Source: Emiliania huxleyi CCMP1516
Taxonomy: Eukaryota
DNA: 64,000 bases
Direction: 5' to 3'
NCBI RefSeq assembly: GCF_000372725.1
Contig: NW_005201165.1
Coordinates: 188,853 to 252,852 of the forward strand
Position 1 is the stretch's first letter. Every line of letters begins with the position of its first letter. Made by a program: the position numbers and the translations under genes. The notes under the pieces are model-generated. The model did not search any database, had not been told where the DNA came from, and saw only the letters and a program-made list of their open reading frames with translations. This document shows positions 1 to 11,916 of the stretch, one piece after another.

Positions 1-3000
1 CCGCTGCCTCGCTCGGGCACCGCCTCGCCGCTGCCCGGCGCGGCGGCCAACGGCGCCGTCTCCCTCTCTGCCGCCGCCGCCGCCGCCAGCGACAGCGCCG
101 CCCGCGGCGCGGCGCTGCCGTTACTGCCTCGGACCGAGGAGCTGCGATGGGGGGGCGCCGACCCTCCCCCGAACCGCACGGTCGGATCGTACGCGTCACG
201 GGAGGAGTACATCCGCACCCACTTCTCGCTGCTGCGCGAGGACTTTGTGCGCCCGCTGCGCGACGCCATCGGCACCGTGCGGCGGGGCGAGGCGCTCCTG
301 CGCGAGAGCGAGGCTGCACGAGGGCGTGAGGAAGCCTCTTCAACGTGCCTCGGTCTGAACAGGCTCCGCCGCGCGAGGTGAGGCTGCACAAGGGCGTGCG
401 GATCGAGGGGACGCACATCGGAGAGCCGGGCGGTGTCCTCCACCGCCTCGTCCTCCCGACGGTCGGGCGCCGCCGCGGAGCCGGCGGCAAGCTTTCTAGT
501 TTTGAGAGCGCGTTTGCACTCTCTTAGGCGGGCGCCGCCGAGGAGTCCGGCCTCATCAACGGCTCCCTCGTCGCTCTCTCGTCGGACGGGTGGGAGTCGT
601 GCCGCTGCGCCGTCGTTGCCAAGCGCGGCGCTGCGCGGGGGCGCGGCGACCCAGCCGCGGAGAGTGACTCGAGTCACCGGGTCACCGACGTAGGCGCGAG
701 GCTGCGCGGCAGCGGAACGACGGTTCGCTCTTCGTCGCATTCCAGCGCGACGGCGCCGGCGCCGACGCGAATTCGCTCGGCGCCGCGGTCGAGGACGCGG
801 CGTACGCGTGTGAGCTCGCCGTCGCGTCTAACGCCGTCTACGAGATGCTCGAGCCTGGCGCCTACTGGGGCGCCTACCGGCCCGTGCTCGCCGCGCTGCA
901 AGCGGCGGCGGCGGACACTTCGGGCGCTGCCTCCCGCCCGAGAAGCGCGCCTTGGCAACAAGAGGCGCCATCCACGCGGTGTGTGCTGTGAGCAGGCTTG
1001 CCCCTCGAGTCGGTGCTGCTGCGCGCCGAGGCGTGCGACGCGCCGCCAGACTTCGTCTCGCGCGGCGCGCGCAACTTCGACGTGCGGTGCGTGTTTCGCC
1101 CTCCGCTTCGTCCGGCAGGAGACCGCCAAAGATGGTGTGAACTTTACCGGGGCTGGTCTGCTCGTAGGCCGATCTTCAACGAGACGCCGCAGGAGGAGGG
1201 CATGCTCGTGGACGTGTGTTGTCCGTGGGAGCGAGCGAGCGGCGGCGGCGAGTTGGCCGGCACCTCCCTCGACGAGTTCCAGCTCCGCGCCACAAAGGCG
1301 CTGCTCTCGCACCGCTTCGGGCTCGTGCAAGGCCCTCCCGGCACCGGCAAGACTTTCGTCGGGCTGATGGTCGTCCGCACGCTGCTACGCAACGCGGCTC
1401 TATGGTCCGAAGAGGCCGCCGAGGCGCGCAGGGCTGCGCTGGCGGCGGCCGAGGCGGCGCCCGCGACAGCCGCGGCGTCTGCTTCGCCCGCGGCCCCGGC
1501 GGCGGCTTCAGACGGCAGCGTGAGCGCTGCGCGTGAGAGCGCGGCGCTGCAGGTCGTGGGAGCGCGTGAGGCGGTGGCGGATGGGTCGGTTGACTGACTG
1601 ATAATCCGGTTCATCACATGCAGGCGGTGGAGCGCATGAGGCGGCGCGCGGCGGCAGCGGCCGCGGCGGCGGGCGGCGGGGCGGACGCCGCTGCGGCGGC
1701 GGCGGCGGCGGATGAGGCCGCGGCGGGCGGTGGTGCGTCGCCGGCAGCCGCAAGCCGCAAGCGCGCCGTCGTCGACAGCGACGACGAGGAGGAGGAGAGT
1801 GGCGGTCGGGCGGCCAAGGCCGCGAGAAAGGAGCAGGACGGCGGCAGCTCCGGCCCCGCGGCCGGCGAGGGCGGCGGCGGCGCAGGCCCGCCGGCGCTTC
1901 ATCGGGTGGAGAGCCGGATGCTGTCTCGCGAGGAGGAGGTGGAGGCGACGCGAGAGACGCTGCTCTCGCCAAAGGTGTCTGGCGCGCGGCCGGACGGCGT
2001 GCAGAGCTGGCTCCACCACCGCCTCGCCCGCCGCCGGTCTGCGGAGAGGAAGGCGAGGGCTGCGGTTGCCGACGAGGCGACCGCCGGCGCGGTCTCGGAC
2101 GCCGCCTCGGTGAGCGACCTCTCCGAGGTGAACCTGAGCGACTATCCGGACGCCGAGGAGGGCGAGCTGCCCGACGAGGGCGAGGTGGCGCCGCCGTCGG
2201 TGGCGGAGAGCGCCGAGGGGCTGTGCGGCAGCGACTCTCCTCCGATACTCGTGCTTTGCCACACCAACCACGCGCTGGACCAGTTCCTCGAGGGCATCCT
2301 CGCCTTCGAGCCGCGCGTCGTCCGCGTGGGCGGCCGGTCGCAGTCGGAGGCGCTCAAGGAGCACAACCTCGCCGAGCGGCTGCGCGTGCGCAAGGAGGAG
2401 CGGGCCGGCAGCCGCAAGACGCTGCTCGGCAACGTGCGCGCGCCTCGCCGAGGGGCCGCGCTGCGGCGGGGCGGTCCTCACACCGCTCGAGCTGTGGACA
2501 GGTGCACGCCCACCTCAAGGGGTCGCGCGAGCGCCTCTCCGCCGCCGCCAAGCAGAGCCACCGGACCTGGGGGGGAGGCCTGCTCTCGGGGCTGCTCCTG
2601 CGCGGGCAGCGATCCTTCCGCGGCGCCCTCGCAGCCGCACGGCAGGCGCCTCTTTGTAGCGAGCGGCGCCTCCTCACCTCTTCTGATGCCGTGGCCAGGC
2701 GCCCTCGCCGCTGCACTCGAGCGGCTGCCCGAGGAGGGAATGGCTGCGTGGCTGGGCTTGCCGCCGGCCGGCGAGGCTTCCCTCGAGTCGGTCCTCGCCC
2801 AGCCGCAGATGGGGCCCGCCGCGACGGAGGCGTGCTGCGACGAGGCGGACCGCGCCGCCTACTCGGGGGGGGGGCCTGCCGCCGCGATGGAGTCGGTGCC
2901 GCTGGTCGACCGCTGGGCGCTCTACAACTCGCTGCGCGCCGGGGCGCAGACGCGCGCGCAGGCGGAGCTCGTCGCCGCGCTCGAGTCGTACCGGCTCGCC

Positions 3001-4853
3001 GCGGCGGCGGAGCAGGCGCTGGAGGAGGCGGAGGCGCTGGCGGTGCTGCGCGGCGCGGCGGTGGTCGGCATGACGACCACGGGCGCCGCAAAGTACCAGA
3101 CGCTCGTGCGGCAGCTCGAGTGCCGCGTGATTGTCTTTGAGGAGGCGGCGGAGGTGCCGCGAGAGGCGCACGGGCCGCGCGTCGTCCGCACCTCGGCCGC
3201 ACCTCGGCCGCACCTCTCGTCAGGTGCTCGAGGCGCACGTGCTCGCCTCGCTCGGGAAGTCGACCGCGCAGCTGCTCCTCATCGGCGACCACCAGCAGCT
3301 GCGCCCCTCCGCCGCCTGCCACGAGCTCGCGCTCCACTACGGCCTCACCGTCTCCCTCTTCGAGCGCGCGCTCAACAACAACGTGCCGTACGTGCGGCTG
3401 CGCACGCAGCGGCGGATGCGGCCGCAGATCTCGCGGCTGCTCTCGCCCATCTACCCGGAGCTGATCGACCACCCGTCGACCTTCAACCGACCCGCCGTGG
3501 TCGGCCTCGCGCACCCCGCCTACTTCCTCACGCACCAGTCGCCGGAGAGGACGCAAGGCGACCTCATCTCGCCCGAGAACCCGCACGAGGTCGAGGTGCT
3601 CTGCTGCCTCGCCGCGCTGCTCGTCGGCTCTGGCTACGCGCCCGCGAAGATCACCGTCCTCTCGGCGTACGTCGGCCAGCTCATCGCGCTGCGGGCGGGC
3701 TTCGCGGCGTGCGGCCTCGACGGGCTCGTCCTCTCGACCGTCGACGCGTACCAGGGCGAGGAGAACGACATCGTCCTCCTCTCCCTCGTCCGCTCCAACT
3801 CGGACGGCCGGCCGAGCTTCACGGCGCGGCGACCGCCCTGTGAACGGCGCCTCTTCATGTGCCTGCGGGGTGGATAGGCCGGCTCGGCTTCACGGCGGTG
3901 GACAACCGCATCTGCGTCGCCCTCTCCCGCGCGCGGCTCGGCTTCTACTGCGCCTGCAACCTCGAGATGCTCACCGCAGGCTCGGCTTCCCTCTCCCGAG
4001 CTGTGGCGCCCTCTCCCGCAAGCTCCGAACGGTTCGCCCTCTCCCGCAGGCTCGGAGCTGTGGCGGCAGGTCGCGCGGCACGTGGCCGACGCCGGCGTCT
4101 CCGGTGCCCGCCCTCCCGCTCGCTGCCGGCCTTGCGAACAGGCGCCGCCCACAGATCTCTGCCGCGAACAGGCGCCGGCCTCCCGCTCGCCCTCGGCGAC
4201 GTGTCCGCCATGCCGCCTCCTTCGCGGCTGGGCTCGGTCGAGTCGTCCGCCGCCGACGTCGCGCCGGAGCGGCTCGCGAGCGGCTCGGAGAGGATGCTGG
4301 CCGCGCCGACCCTCGGGCGCGGCGGCACGGGCGGGGCCGGCGAGTGGCGCGGCGCGTGGCGGCAGACGCTGCAGCAGCTGGCCTCGCTCGCGTCGCGCTC
4401 GAGCCGCGCCGGCGCGGCGGCCGCGGAGCGCGAGCGGTGGCAGCCGCTCCGCGACGCGATCGAGGCTGCGCGCGGGCTGGAGAGCGTGCTCGAGGAGGCG
4501 GCCTGAGGAGGGCGCAGCTCGGCGTCCGCCACGCGCGCAGTGCCTACTCACCGCGCTTGCACGGAACAGGCGGCCAAGGGGCCTCAGCTCGGCGTCGCCG
4601 GCGTGGCGGGCGCGGGGAGCGACACCGCGCCGAGCCCAACCACCGCCCGCATCCCAGGCTCGCGCGACCAGCTAGCGTATTAGACCATCGACTCGATTCG
4701 CGCCGAGCCCAGCTGCCCGCGTCCCCAGGCTCGCTCGGAGGCGCCGCCCCAGGCCGGGAGGCGGCTGCGGCGATCCCCTACGTGACGCAGATCGCGCGGG
4801 CGCAGAACTACGCGCAGGCGACCGAGCCGATGCGCGTCCCCGCCGACTATTGG

Positions 4854-4894
<41 letters not shown>

Positions 4895-5141
4895 CGGTGA
4901 CAGCGGCGGCGGAGCGGGTCCATCGGTGCGGTCGCACACACCGCCTCCAGAGGAGGGGCAGTCGGCGGGCGGGGCCGAGGCCGCTGCCCTGGAGGAGGAG
5001 GTTGAGCTGCCTTTGCCTCCCGGCTGGCGCAAGGCAATGAGCCGCACGCACGGGAGGGAGTACCTCTACAACGAGTCCACCGGCCGCCGCGTCTGGCGCG
5101 TCCAGTCGATCGACGCCGCCGATTTCAGGCCCCAGGACTGA
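1..5141 (+). CDS. ZNFX1: ZNFX1-like superfamily-1 (Upf1-like) RNA helicase with C-terminal WW domain; multi-exon, 5' end outside the window
   Basis: Motifs EEYIRTHFSLLREDFVRPLRDAI, Walker A GLVQGPPGTGKT (~1320-1352), ILVLCHTNHALDQFLEGI, VVGMTTTGAAK, EEAAEVLEAH, LLLIGDHQQLRP, TVDAYQGEENDIVLLSLVRSN and NRICVALSRAR. Predicted GC-AG introns 4498-4569 and 4658-4728 join it in frame to LPPGWRKAMSRTHGREYLYNESTGRRVW (WW), with the stop at 5141. Confidence 0.88.
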
Positions 5142-6668
5142 GGCCAGAACAGGGCGGAGGAATCCGGGCGAGCAGAGAGAGGTGGAGAATGGAGAGTGCG
5201 ACCAGGGGGCGGCAGTCTTGTGTGACACGGCGCACTGGACAGAGCAGAGAGAGAGAGAGGCGGTCTCTTCTCGCAGCTGCGAGACATGCTCCCCTGTCAA
5301 CGTGGGCCCAGCAGGCGTTTGACCAAAATCAAAATTTCCCTACTAAGAAAGAAAGAACGAACAGACACGAACCCAAGGGAGGGATGGAAGGACGGTACGC
5401 CGCCGCCACACAGGGATTTTAGGGGAGAAGTGTGTGTGAGTGTGTGTGATGGACTACGAGGAGTGGGGGTCAATCGGGAGGCAGGGGGTTCAACCAGGCG
5501 ACGGAGGACCGTGGGCCATGTCGCGGGGACGGCCCGCCGGAGGCGGGCTCGATTGATCCGGATGGTCTCACGCCGGTGGGAGGCACCGAGGCGTCTTGGA
5601 CGCTCAGCTCTACCTTAGCTCCTGAGGGGCGCGTGGTTCTAACCACGTAGTATGACTACAACCCACCACAGACACCCTCCCTCTCCACACGTGTGCACAC
5701 ACCCTCACCCTCTCCCCTCTCCTGTCTCCTCTCTCTCTCTCTCTCCTCTCCTCTCCTTGTCTGTGCTGTCTGCCTGACTCAGGCACTAATTCTGCCGATG
5801 CGTGATTGTGTATGGGCTGCTCCGAGGGGGCCCTGTGCAATCCGACGGGTAGGGGGTCTGTGCCCGGGCGGTGTCCGGTGTGGAGTCCCCTTCTGATCCC
5901 GCCTGGGATGTTGGGTGTGAGGTTGTGGCGGCTTCGATCCCAAGGGGGGGAGCTGATCCCACTCAATAACCAACTCTCAGGGGCAGTAGGTGGGCGAGCT
6001 TCAGGCACGCTCATCTCGATCGTCAAGGCGTCGCTACGCGCGGTCTTCCGCGGGGGGAGCTGCGTCGACGGGTGCGGGACCGCGGCGCAGCCAGTGCCGC
6101 GGCGAGGCCTCCGGCTGTTTGCGGCGGGCGGCTTGCTGCTCGCTGCATGGCGAAAAACTCGTCTCGCCACACGCCAAGGGCTTATGCTCTGGCGAGACGT
6201 GAGGCGCATGCGCCCAGGAGGGGAGGGGGCATGTGTAACGACGCTGCTAGAGATGCCTTTCGGGGCCCAGAGATAAAACTTCTGTGATGCCATGCGTGAC
6301 CTAGTAGTGTCCCCAGCTATGGGCGTGTCCACGTTGGAGCCAGGTGTGGTGTGGGCGCGAGAATAGCTCCGCCGTTCATGGAGGCAACCGATGCGAGTCG
6401 ACTGGTGTGTGTCGTCGTGGTTTCGTATCAAGAATACTCACTCACACTCACACAGGGGAGAAGTGTGGTGTTAGCCGTCGCCCACCCTCGGGCTTCTACC
6501 ACTTCCTATCTCTCTCCGCAGTTTCTCACCAATTCTCGCAGCGACCTTCATGCCACCTCGCGTTCTTCCCACTCGTCGTTCTAGTTGAGGCTTGCCGCAC
6601 GCGTTTCTTCATCCCGCCAGTCTCCGCTTTGGCGCACACAGTCAGAGAATACTGACAAATAGCGATGC

Positions 6669-6879
6669 GCTGTGAATACATTGGGATATACTGGGGTATA
6701 TTGCACCCCTGGAATATACTCCCATATTGCGCACTATTGCGCAATATACGGAGATATTGGAGGAACATCTTCCAGCCGAATACTGGGATATATTGGAGTA
6801 TATCTCGGCGCCGCCAAGCACCTCAATCCTTCCGCAATATATTGCAATATACAGCAGTATATCCCAATATATTCACAGC
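6669..6879. mobile_element. AT-rich MITE-like element with ~37 bp terminal inverted repeats
   Basis: Left end gctgtgaatacattgggatatactggggtatattgca; reverse complement of the right end gctgtgaatatattgggatatactgctgtatattgca. AT-rich island in GC-rich DNA; no clear TSD. Confidence 0.75.
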
Positions 6880-6904
6880 TTCGGTGGACGTGTCCTGGCA
6901 CGCG

Positions 6905-8081
6905 ATGCTGCCCCTCCTCACCACGACATGCACCGCCTTCCACGCTCCCGCGACCGCCGTTCACGCTGGCTCCTGCGTGCCGCCGGCACGCCACGCTGCC
7001 GCCATCTGCTCCTCCACCGGGAGCGCAGGCCCGCTCATCCGCTCCGCGTTCCTATCCCTCATCGCCGGCCAGTCCGCCTTCGCCCTCGCCGCCGAGGTGC
7101 CGAGCCTGTTTTCGTCCTCGCCGGACATCTTCGGCACCCTCTTCGACGCTGGCTTCCTCTTCTACAGCGGCCGACTCCTCGCGGGCCAGGCCGGCCTCGT
7201 CGGAGGCGATGAGGCGCTCGCTGAGAAGCTGGCCGGCCTCGACTGCACCTGCACGCTCAGCATCGGCCGCGAGCCCGGAACGTGGATGCCCAAAGAGTGG
7301 GGCTCGTCCGGCGCCCGCCTCTCGCTCCCGCTCCAACTCCGCTTCTCGGAGGAGGTTCCGCGGACGCTTCCGAGATACAGGCCTCCGAACTCCCGTCCAC
7401 AACCCGTCCACCGCCCCTCAGACGGCGGACCTCGGCTTCCCGGGCGAGGAGAGCATGACGGGGCGCACCGCGCGGCAGCTCTGCTGCCCCGGCGGCGGCT
7501 CCTTTGTCGGGCAGGCAGGCACCGTCCGGGTGGAGCCTACGGGCGGCGCGTGGAGCGTCAAGCCGACCCGGCAGCCTGGCGTCGGCGAGCCGCGCCTCCT
7601 CGAAGCATCTCGGCGAGCCTCTGGCCACCCTGCGGCCTGTGCCCCCCAGGCGAGCTGCGCTTCTTCCTCGACTTCCCGACCGAGGCGGCGCGCAACGACG
7701 TGACGCTGCCCGCGGGGCGCGCCCTCGCAGCGCCCGCACCCTCCACGGGCCTGAGGCCTGAGCCTTGGGGCCCCTCTCTGCAGGCGGGTCTTCTTCAGCG
7801 GGACGTGCGTCGACCCCGAGCTGGCGCAGGCGCTTGGCCCGACGCCCGGAGATGTGTTCGTGGCGCCGGGCAGCGGCGTGCGCCTCTTTGGCGAAGGCGG
7901 CGTCACCACAAAGCGGACTGACGCGCGCAACCTGTACGGCGCGCTCGGCGAGACCTTCCTCATCCTCGGCCGCTTCTCGCTCGGCCCGCCGCCGCCGCCA
8001 CAGGCGTCCGAGGACGAGACGCCGCAGCAGCGCGCCGCGCGGGAGCGCGCCGAGGACGAGGCGCGCGGGCGGGCGGTATGA
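6905..8081 (+). CDS. hypothetical algal protein, probably plastid-targeted, multi-exon
   Basis: MLPLLTTTCTAFHAP resembles a signal+transit start, followed by hydrophobic segments and a globular block TLSIGREPGTWMPKEWGSSGARLSLPL...ELRFFLDFPTEAARNDVTLPAGRVFFS across predicted introns. Confidence 0.7.
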
Positions 8082-8208
8082 CCGGGCGGTACGACGCGGA
8101 TTGGAGAAAGCGGATAGAAAACAAGAACACAACGCACTCCTCTCTCTCACATGACAAGCGATCCAACGACATTGTGGATTGGAAAGAAAGAAAAACTGCA
8201 TGCTGGAG

Positions 8209-8275
8209 CACTTGGAGTGCAGTCGGTAACCTCACATCCAGGGCCGGGGAGCTAAGGAGCGCACCCAGCGGGCCG
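8209..8275. repeat. dispersed ~70 bp repeat, copy 1 (copy 2 at 26739-26816)
   Basis: cacttggagtgcagtc...aacctcacatcc...agggccggggagct(a/g)aggagcgcacccagcgggccg is present twice, 18.5 kb apart. Confidence 0.85.
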
Positions 8276-8370
8276 TATGCGCTGATCCGAATTCTTTTTC
8301 TCGTGTGCGCTGGTTTGGCTGGTGGGGCTGTGGAAGGCACCCGCGCATTGCACGTGTGCAGTTCTCTCGC

Positions 8371-9112
8371 ATGGCCGAATACGCAAAGATGATGCCCGCA
8401 CAGGCAAAAGCGTCGGGTGTCGAGATCAGCGTCGGCGCACCTGCTCTCGTGCTGTTGACGGCGCAGGCCGCCGGCAGTCTACGCGTCGCCTGCTGGAAGC
8501 AGTGCGGCCTCAGTGCAAAGCAGCTGCGAGTGACGCGCGTGCTCGTGGACGCTGTCGAGGTGGTTTGTGTCGCGGGTCACGGATGCGCTCCAGTGACGGT
8601 CAAGGTCTCCTTCACGCACGGCCAGACCATCAGAGACGCCGGCGCGATGCCAGTGGTGCCCGAGCTGCTGCCGCCAGCCGTCCCCGACGCTGCAGTTTGC
8701 CGCATGCTGCTGCTGCAGCCGTTGGCTTTGCTCGCGATGGGCGGCATGGCCTTGCTTGGCGGCTCCATCGCCTTTGAGACTGCCGCCACCGACGCCTGGC
8801 TCTTTCTCCTTGGCGGCCGCGGCTCGATATGGCCGCGCGTTGTCTTTGCCGCCGCCGTCCTTGCGCACGCGGCCGAGGCACAGTGTAGCCGAGATCTGTG
8901 CTGCAGTGTAGCCTACACAGAGCCGGGTGCGGAGTATCGCCGTGGACGCCGACGCTCTGAGGTGGCATCAATAGGCGGGCGTTGCTCTGCGCATCGCCCT
9001 CGGCCTCCCGAACGTCGGCCTCGGTGGCGCGCTGTGGTGGTGCGGCCTCACCTTCCTGGTCGGATTTCCCGTCCTGCGCCATTGCCTGGCGTTGCGCGGT
9101 AAGGGGGAGTGA
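8371..9112 (+). CDS. membrane protein with TMEM254/DUF4499-like C-terminal region
   Basis: VVFAAAVLAHAAEA...ALRIALGLPNVGLGGALWWCGLTFLVGFPVL resembles the TMEM254 H-x-x-E-A...W...T...GF pattern; needs a short intron. Confidence 0.55.
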
Positions 9113-9306
9113 ACTACGCGGGCTGCATCTCTGGACTCTCTGCGCATGTGCTGCGCATTTCGATTATCAGACAGTAACCACAACCACAGATTATCAGACA
9201 TCACTCATGATCACTGGCCATTTCCTCTCGTTGTGTATCGATTTCCTCTTTTTCACCTTGACAAGTTTGGAAATCACATATGACAAACACAGAATACAGT
9301 AAATTG

Positions 9307-10402
9307 TTACACCAACACGGCCGGTAAGGATGCTCCGCCGGCACGAATCTCGCCTTCAAACGCGCGCAGCGCCTCGAGAAAAGCTGAGTTGGGCTCGACG
9401 AGCGGGCGCGCCTGCTCGCATACATGTACGCCTTCATGGCACTGCGATCGAGGTGTCAGACATGCAGGCTCATCTGTTGCACCCGCTGCACGCGCGTGAG
9501 AGCCTCCTCCACGGGCAAGTTGAGCCTGGCAGTGAACGCCGCGCGTGTTAGTGCTGTGCCAGAAACTCGGTGAGCCGTGTGCGGATTAGCAGAGCGAGGA
9601 CCGTCGCATCACGTATGCGACCGCCATCGTGCCAGAGCGTGACTTGCCCTGCGCGCAGTTAACGAGGACCATCTGGCCCGCCTGTCAACAGCTTTAGGCT
9701 TGAAGCGCCTTCGCTGCATGCCGCTGGACGAACACCGCCTTCCCGCCCGCCCGAACGCGATCGGACGCCCACGCGAGGCCACGCTCGAGGTCCTCAAGCG
9801 GGATGCGGAAGGCCTCGGAGTCCTCCCACTCTAGGTCAAGTAGTCTGGGAGGACTTTCGAGCCGCAGCCTGCAAAAGGAGACCAAACTGACACTGAGGAG
9901 TGCAGCAGATGAGCGGTCAAGGGATGCAGCGTGCGTGGTGTGCCTGTCAAATGCAGCGCGCGTCGCAGGCAGGAAGGCGTGCAGCCGGTACCCTGCACAG
10001 TTGAGAACGGCGTTCGTTGCATGCTCCTCCCTGCAGACGGCGAGTGCAGCCTTGTAGCTGCCAACCGCCAACTCTCCCGGCAGAACGACCGAGGACTTGC
10101 CGTCATCCTGCGGTCATGCGAAGAAAGCCCGCAGCATGGTGGGCCAAACGAGGTAACACGAAGGTGTCACGGGACGAGCATGCAAGGAGGTCATTGGGGT
10201 GCCACGAGAGCTCTAAATGGGCTGCCTGAGCGTTGAGCACTGCCAGCAGTTGCTCGTCTGTCACCTCCTCACGCGAATGCCTGCGTATATCGAGCCCACA
10301 CCCAGCACAGCGATTGGCGGTCGCCTTGGCGAGGGGGACGCGTAGGCAAAAGGGATGGCCCTGCGGCGTGGATGAGAAGGTTGCCGCCGAGGCTTGGGAC
10401 AT
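9307..10402 (-). CDS. dual-specificity protein phosphatase (CX5R), multi-exon
   Basis: Minus strand VLVNCAQGKSRSGTMAVAYVM (~9610-9672), with upstream AVLNCA and LEWEDSE, and downstream RPLVEPNSAFLEAL. Confidence 0.85.
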
Positions 10403-10475
10403 GGTGTTCTTATGTTTTTTACCGAGGACCGCGCGCGCGCACCAGGGAAATTTACTAGCGAAAGAATTTTCAGTG

Positions 10476-10515
10476 TATGTAGCTCTTACGAACATACCCG
10501 TAGGTGAACTGCTGA
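10476..10515. repeat. dispersed repeat family B, short copy (others at 44374-44440 and 56307-56399)
   Basis: tatgtagctcttacgaacatacccgtaggtgaactgctga nearly matches the copy at 56307, tatgtggttctaacgaacatacccgagggtgaactgctga. Confidence 0.75.
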
Positions 10516-10606
10516 TTTTACAACAAAACTCTTTCGCACAACACTGGGCACGGGACTGGCGCGCACTGGCACTAACACAGGTACACCTGCTAGAAATGTG
10601 GCTGGA

Positions 10607-11019
10607 CTGTTTGCATCACCGGGCTGCAGCGCACACTGCTCGCACCGCCAGTCATTACGTCATTCAAACACCGCGATCAATCACCGCTCATGAAGGCCAT
10701 CCATCCTAGATGCGGAGATCACTGCTGCATCATTGTATCGCTCATGTGAGGCCTCCGGGTGCTCTAGCGCGCGATGCCGTCTGTCAGCCCTTGGCAGCCT
10801 GGGGACTGCTCTTCGCCGAGCAGCACCCCGCCCCAGCGAAAGCAGGTGCATGTGGCTGTAGCTGTTTGCATCACCGGGCTGCAGCGCACACTGCTCGCAC
10901 CGCCAGTCATTACGTCATTCAAACACCGCGTCCAATCACCGCTCATGAAGGCTGGCCATCCTAGATGCGAGATCACTGCTGCATCATTGTATCGCTCATG
11001 TGAGGCCTCGGGTGCTCTA
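10607..11019. repeat. local direct duplication of ~160 bp (10607-10766 and 10862-11019)
   Basis: ctgtttgcatcaccgggctgcagcgcacactgctcgc...gtgctcta occurs twice with few substitutions. Confidence 0.9.
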
Positions 11020-11441
11020 CAAGACGCCTCCCTCTTGCCGTCATCGGAATAGGCGGCCGAAGCTTTCATCGTGCTCTCTGACGTTCGGCCGGCAATGGAC
11101 ACCGTGCCCCTGCGCCGCCAGATAGCCGCAGCCTACTCGCCGAGGCGGCTTCTACTGCTCCCGCCAGTGGAGTTTCGTATGCCTTGCCGGCTTGCGAATG
11201 TGCGCAACAGGTTTGGCAGAGAGCACCCAGTGCAGGCGGGGAACGCGCTCTTCCAATACACCGGCATCCAAGCGTGCTTTAGCATGGTGGAGGAGGAGGA
11301 GCGGCGCCCCAGAAATTGAATCTTCAGCATAGCCCTGTCTCATCCGGCGTGTCTCATCATGTAGGAGCGGGAGCGTGCCGCGCTATATAGCTGGGTCGTC
11401 CGATTGCGGACAGATCTGGTGCTCTTCCAGAACCTTGTGCG

Positions 11442-11916
11442 ATGGCAACCAGCCGAGAGGGAGCGAGATGGAGTGAGGCGTGCGTTACGGAGACTTGTGT
11501 GCGCTCGCAGGTAATCCCTCGGGACCGGCGCTTTGTCTACGTTCCAGCTGGCGGCAGTGCGCCCCGCTGTAGCATCCCGTGCCTCCTAGGCCCCGAGGCG
11601 TGTGCGCCCGATTTCCCTCGCCCTTGCTGCCGTGACAGTGAGTTATCGCAGCGGGCTGCGCTGCTGCAACGATCATATGTTTGTTTGTCCACGGGAGCTT
11701 TGTTCGCCGTACGCGTCGCTGCTCGACAACTTCCGCGATGCGCGCTGCAGGGCGCCACCCGGCTACTCGAGCGGCGGCGATGGCGTCAAGCTGGATGGGA
11801 CGCTGCGGGAGGCTCCAGACCTCACTTGGACGTCCTGGTACCTCTCCAGGGCGTACAATGGTCATCGATCCACTGATACGCTGCGCCACGAGCGCTGCGC
11901 CCTGTCCAGCCCTTGA
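11442..11916 (+). CDS. hypothetical protein fragment
   Basis: Protein-like blocks RDRRFVYVPAG and CNDHMFVCPRELCSPY lie in different frames; structure unresolved. Confidence 0.3.

Noticed and set aside
1144..3586. Long antisense and alternative-frame Arg/Ala/Pro-rich ORFs here and throughout the window
   Set aside because: These are expected shadows of high-GC coding DNA with few stop codons; no domain motifs.
1590..4506. In-frame TGA codons in the helicase as selenocysteine or readthrough
   Set aside because: They fall inside predicted introns, and no redox motif or SECIS is evident.
10470..10520. SET-domain-like peptide VYVALTNIPVGELL
   Set aside because: It is the translation of the dispersed repeat; the frame is not conserved among copies and no other SET motifs are present.
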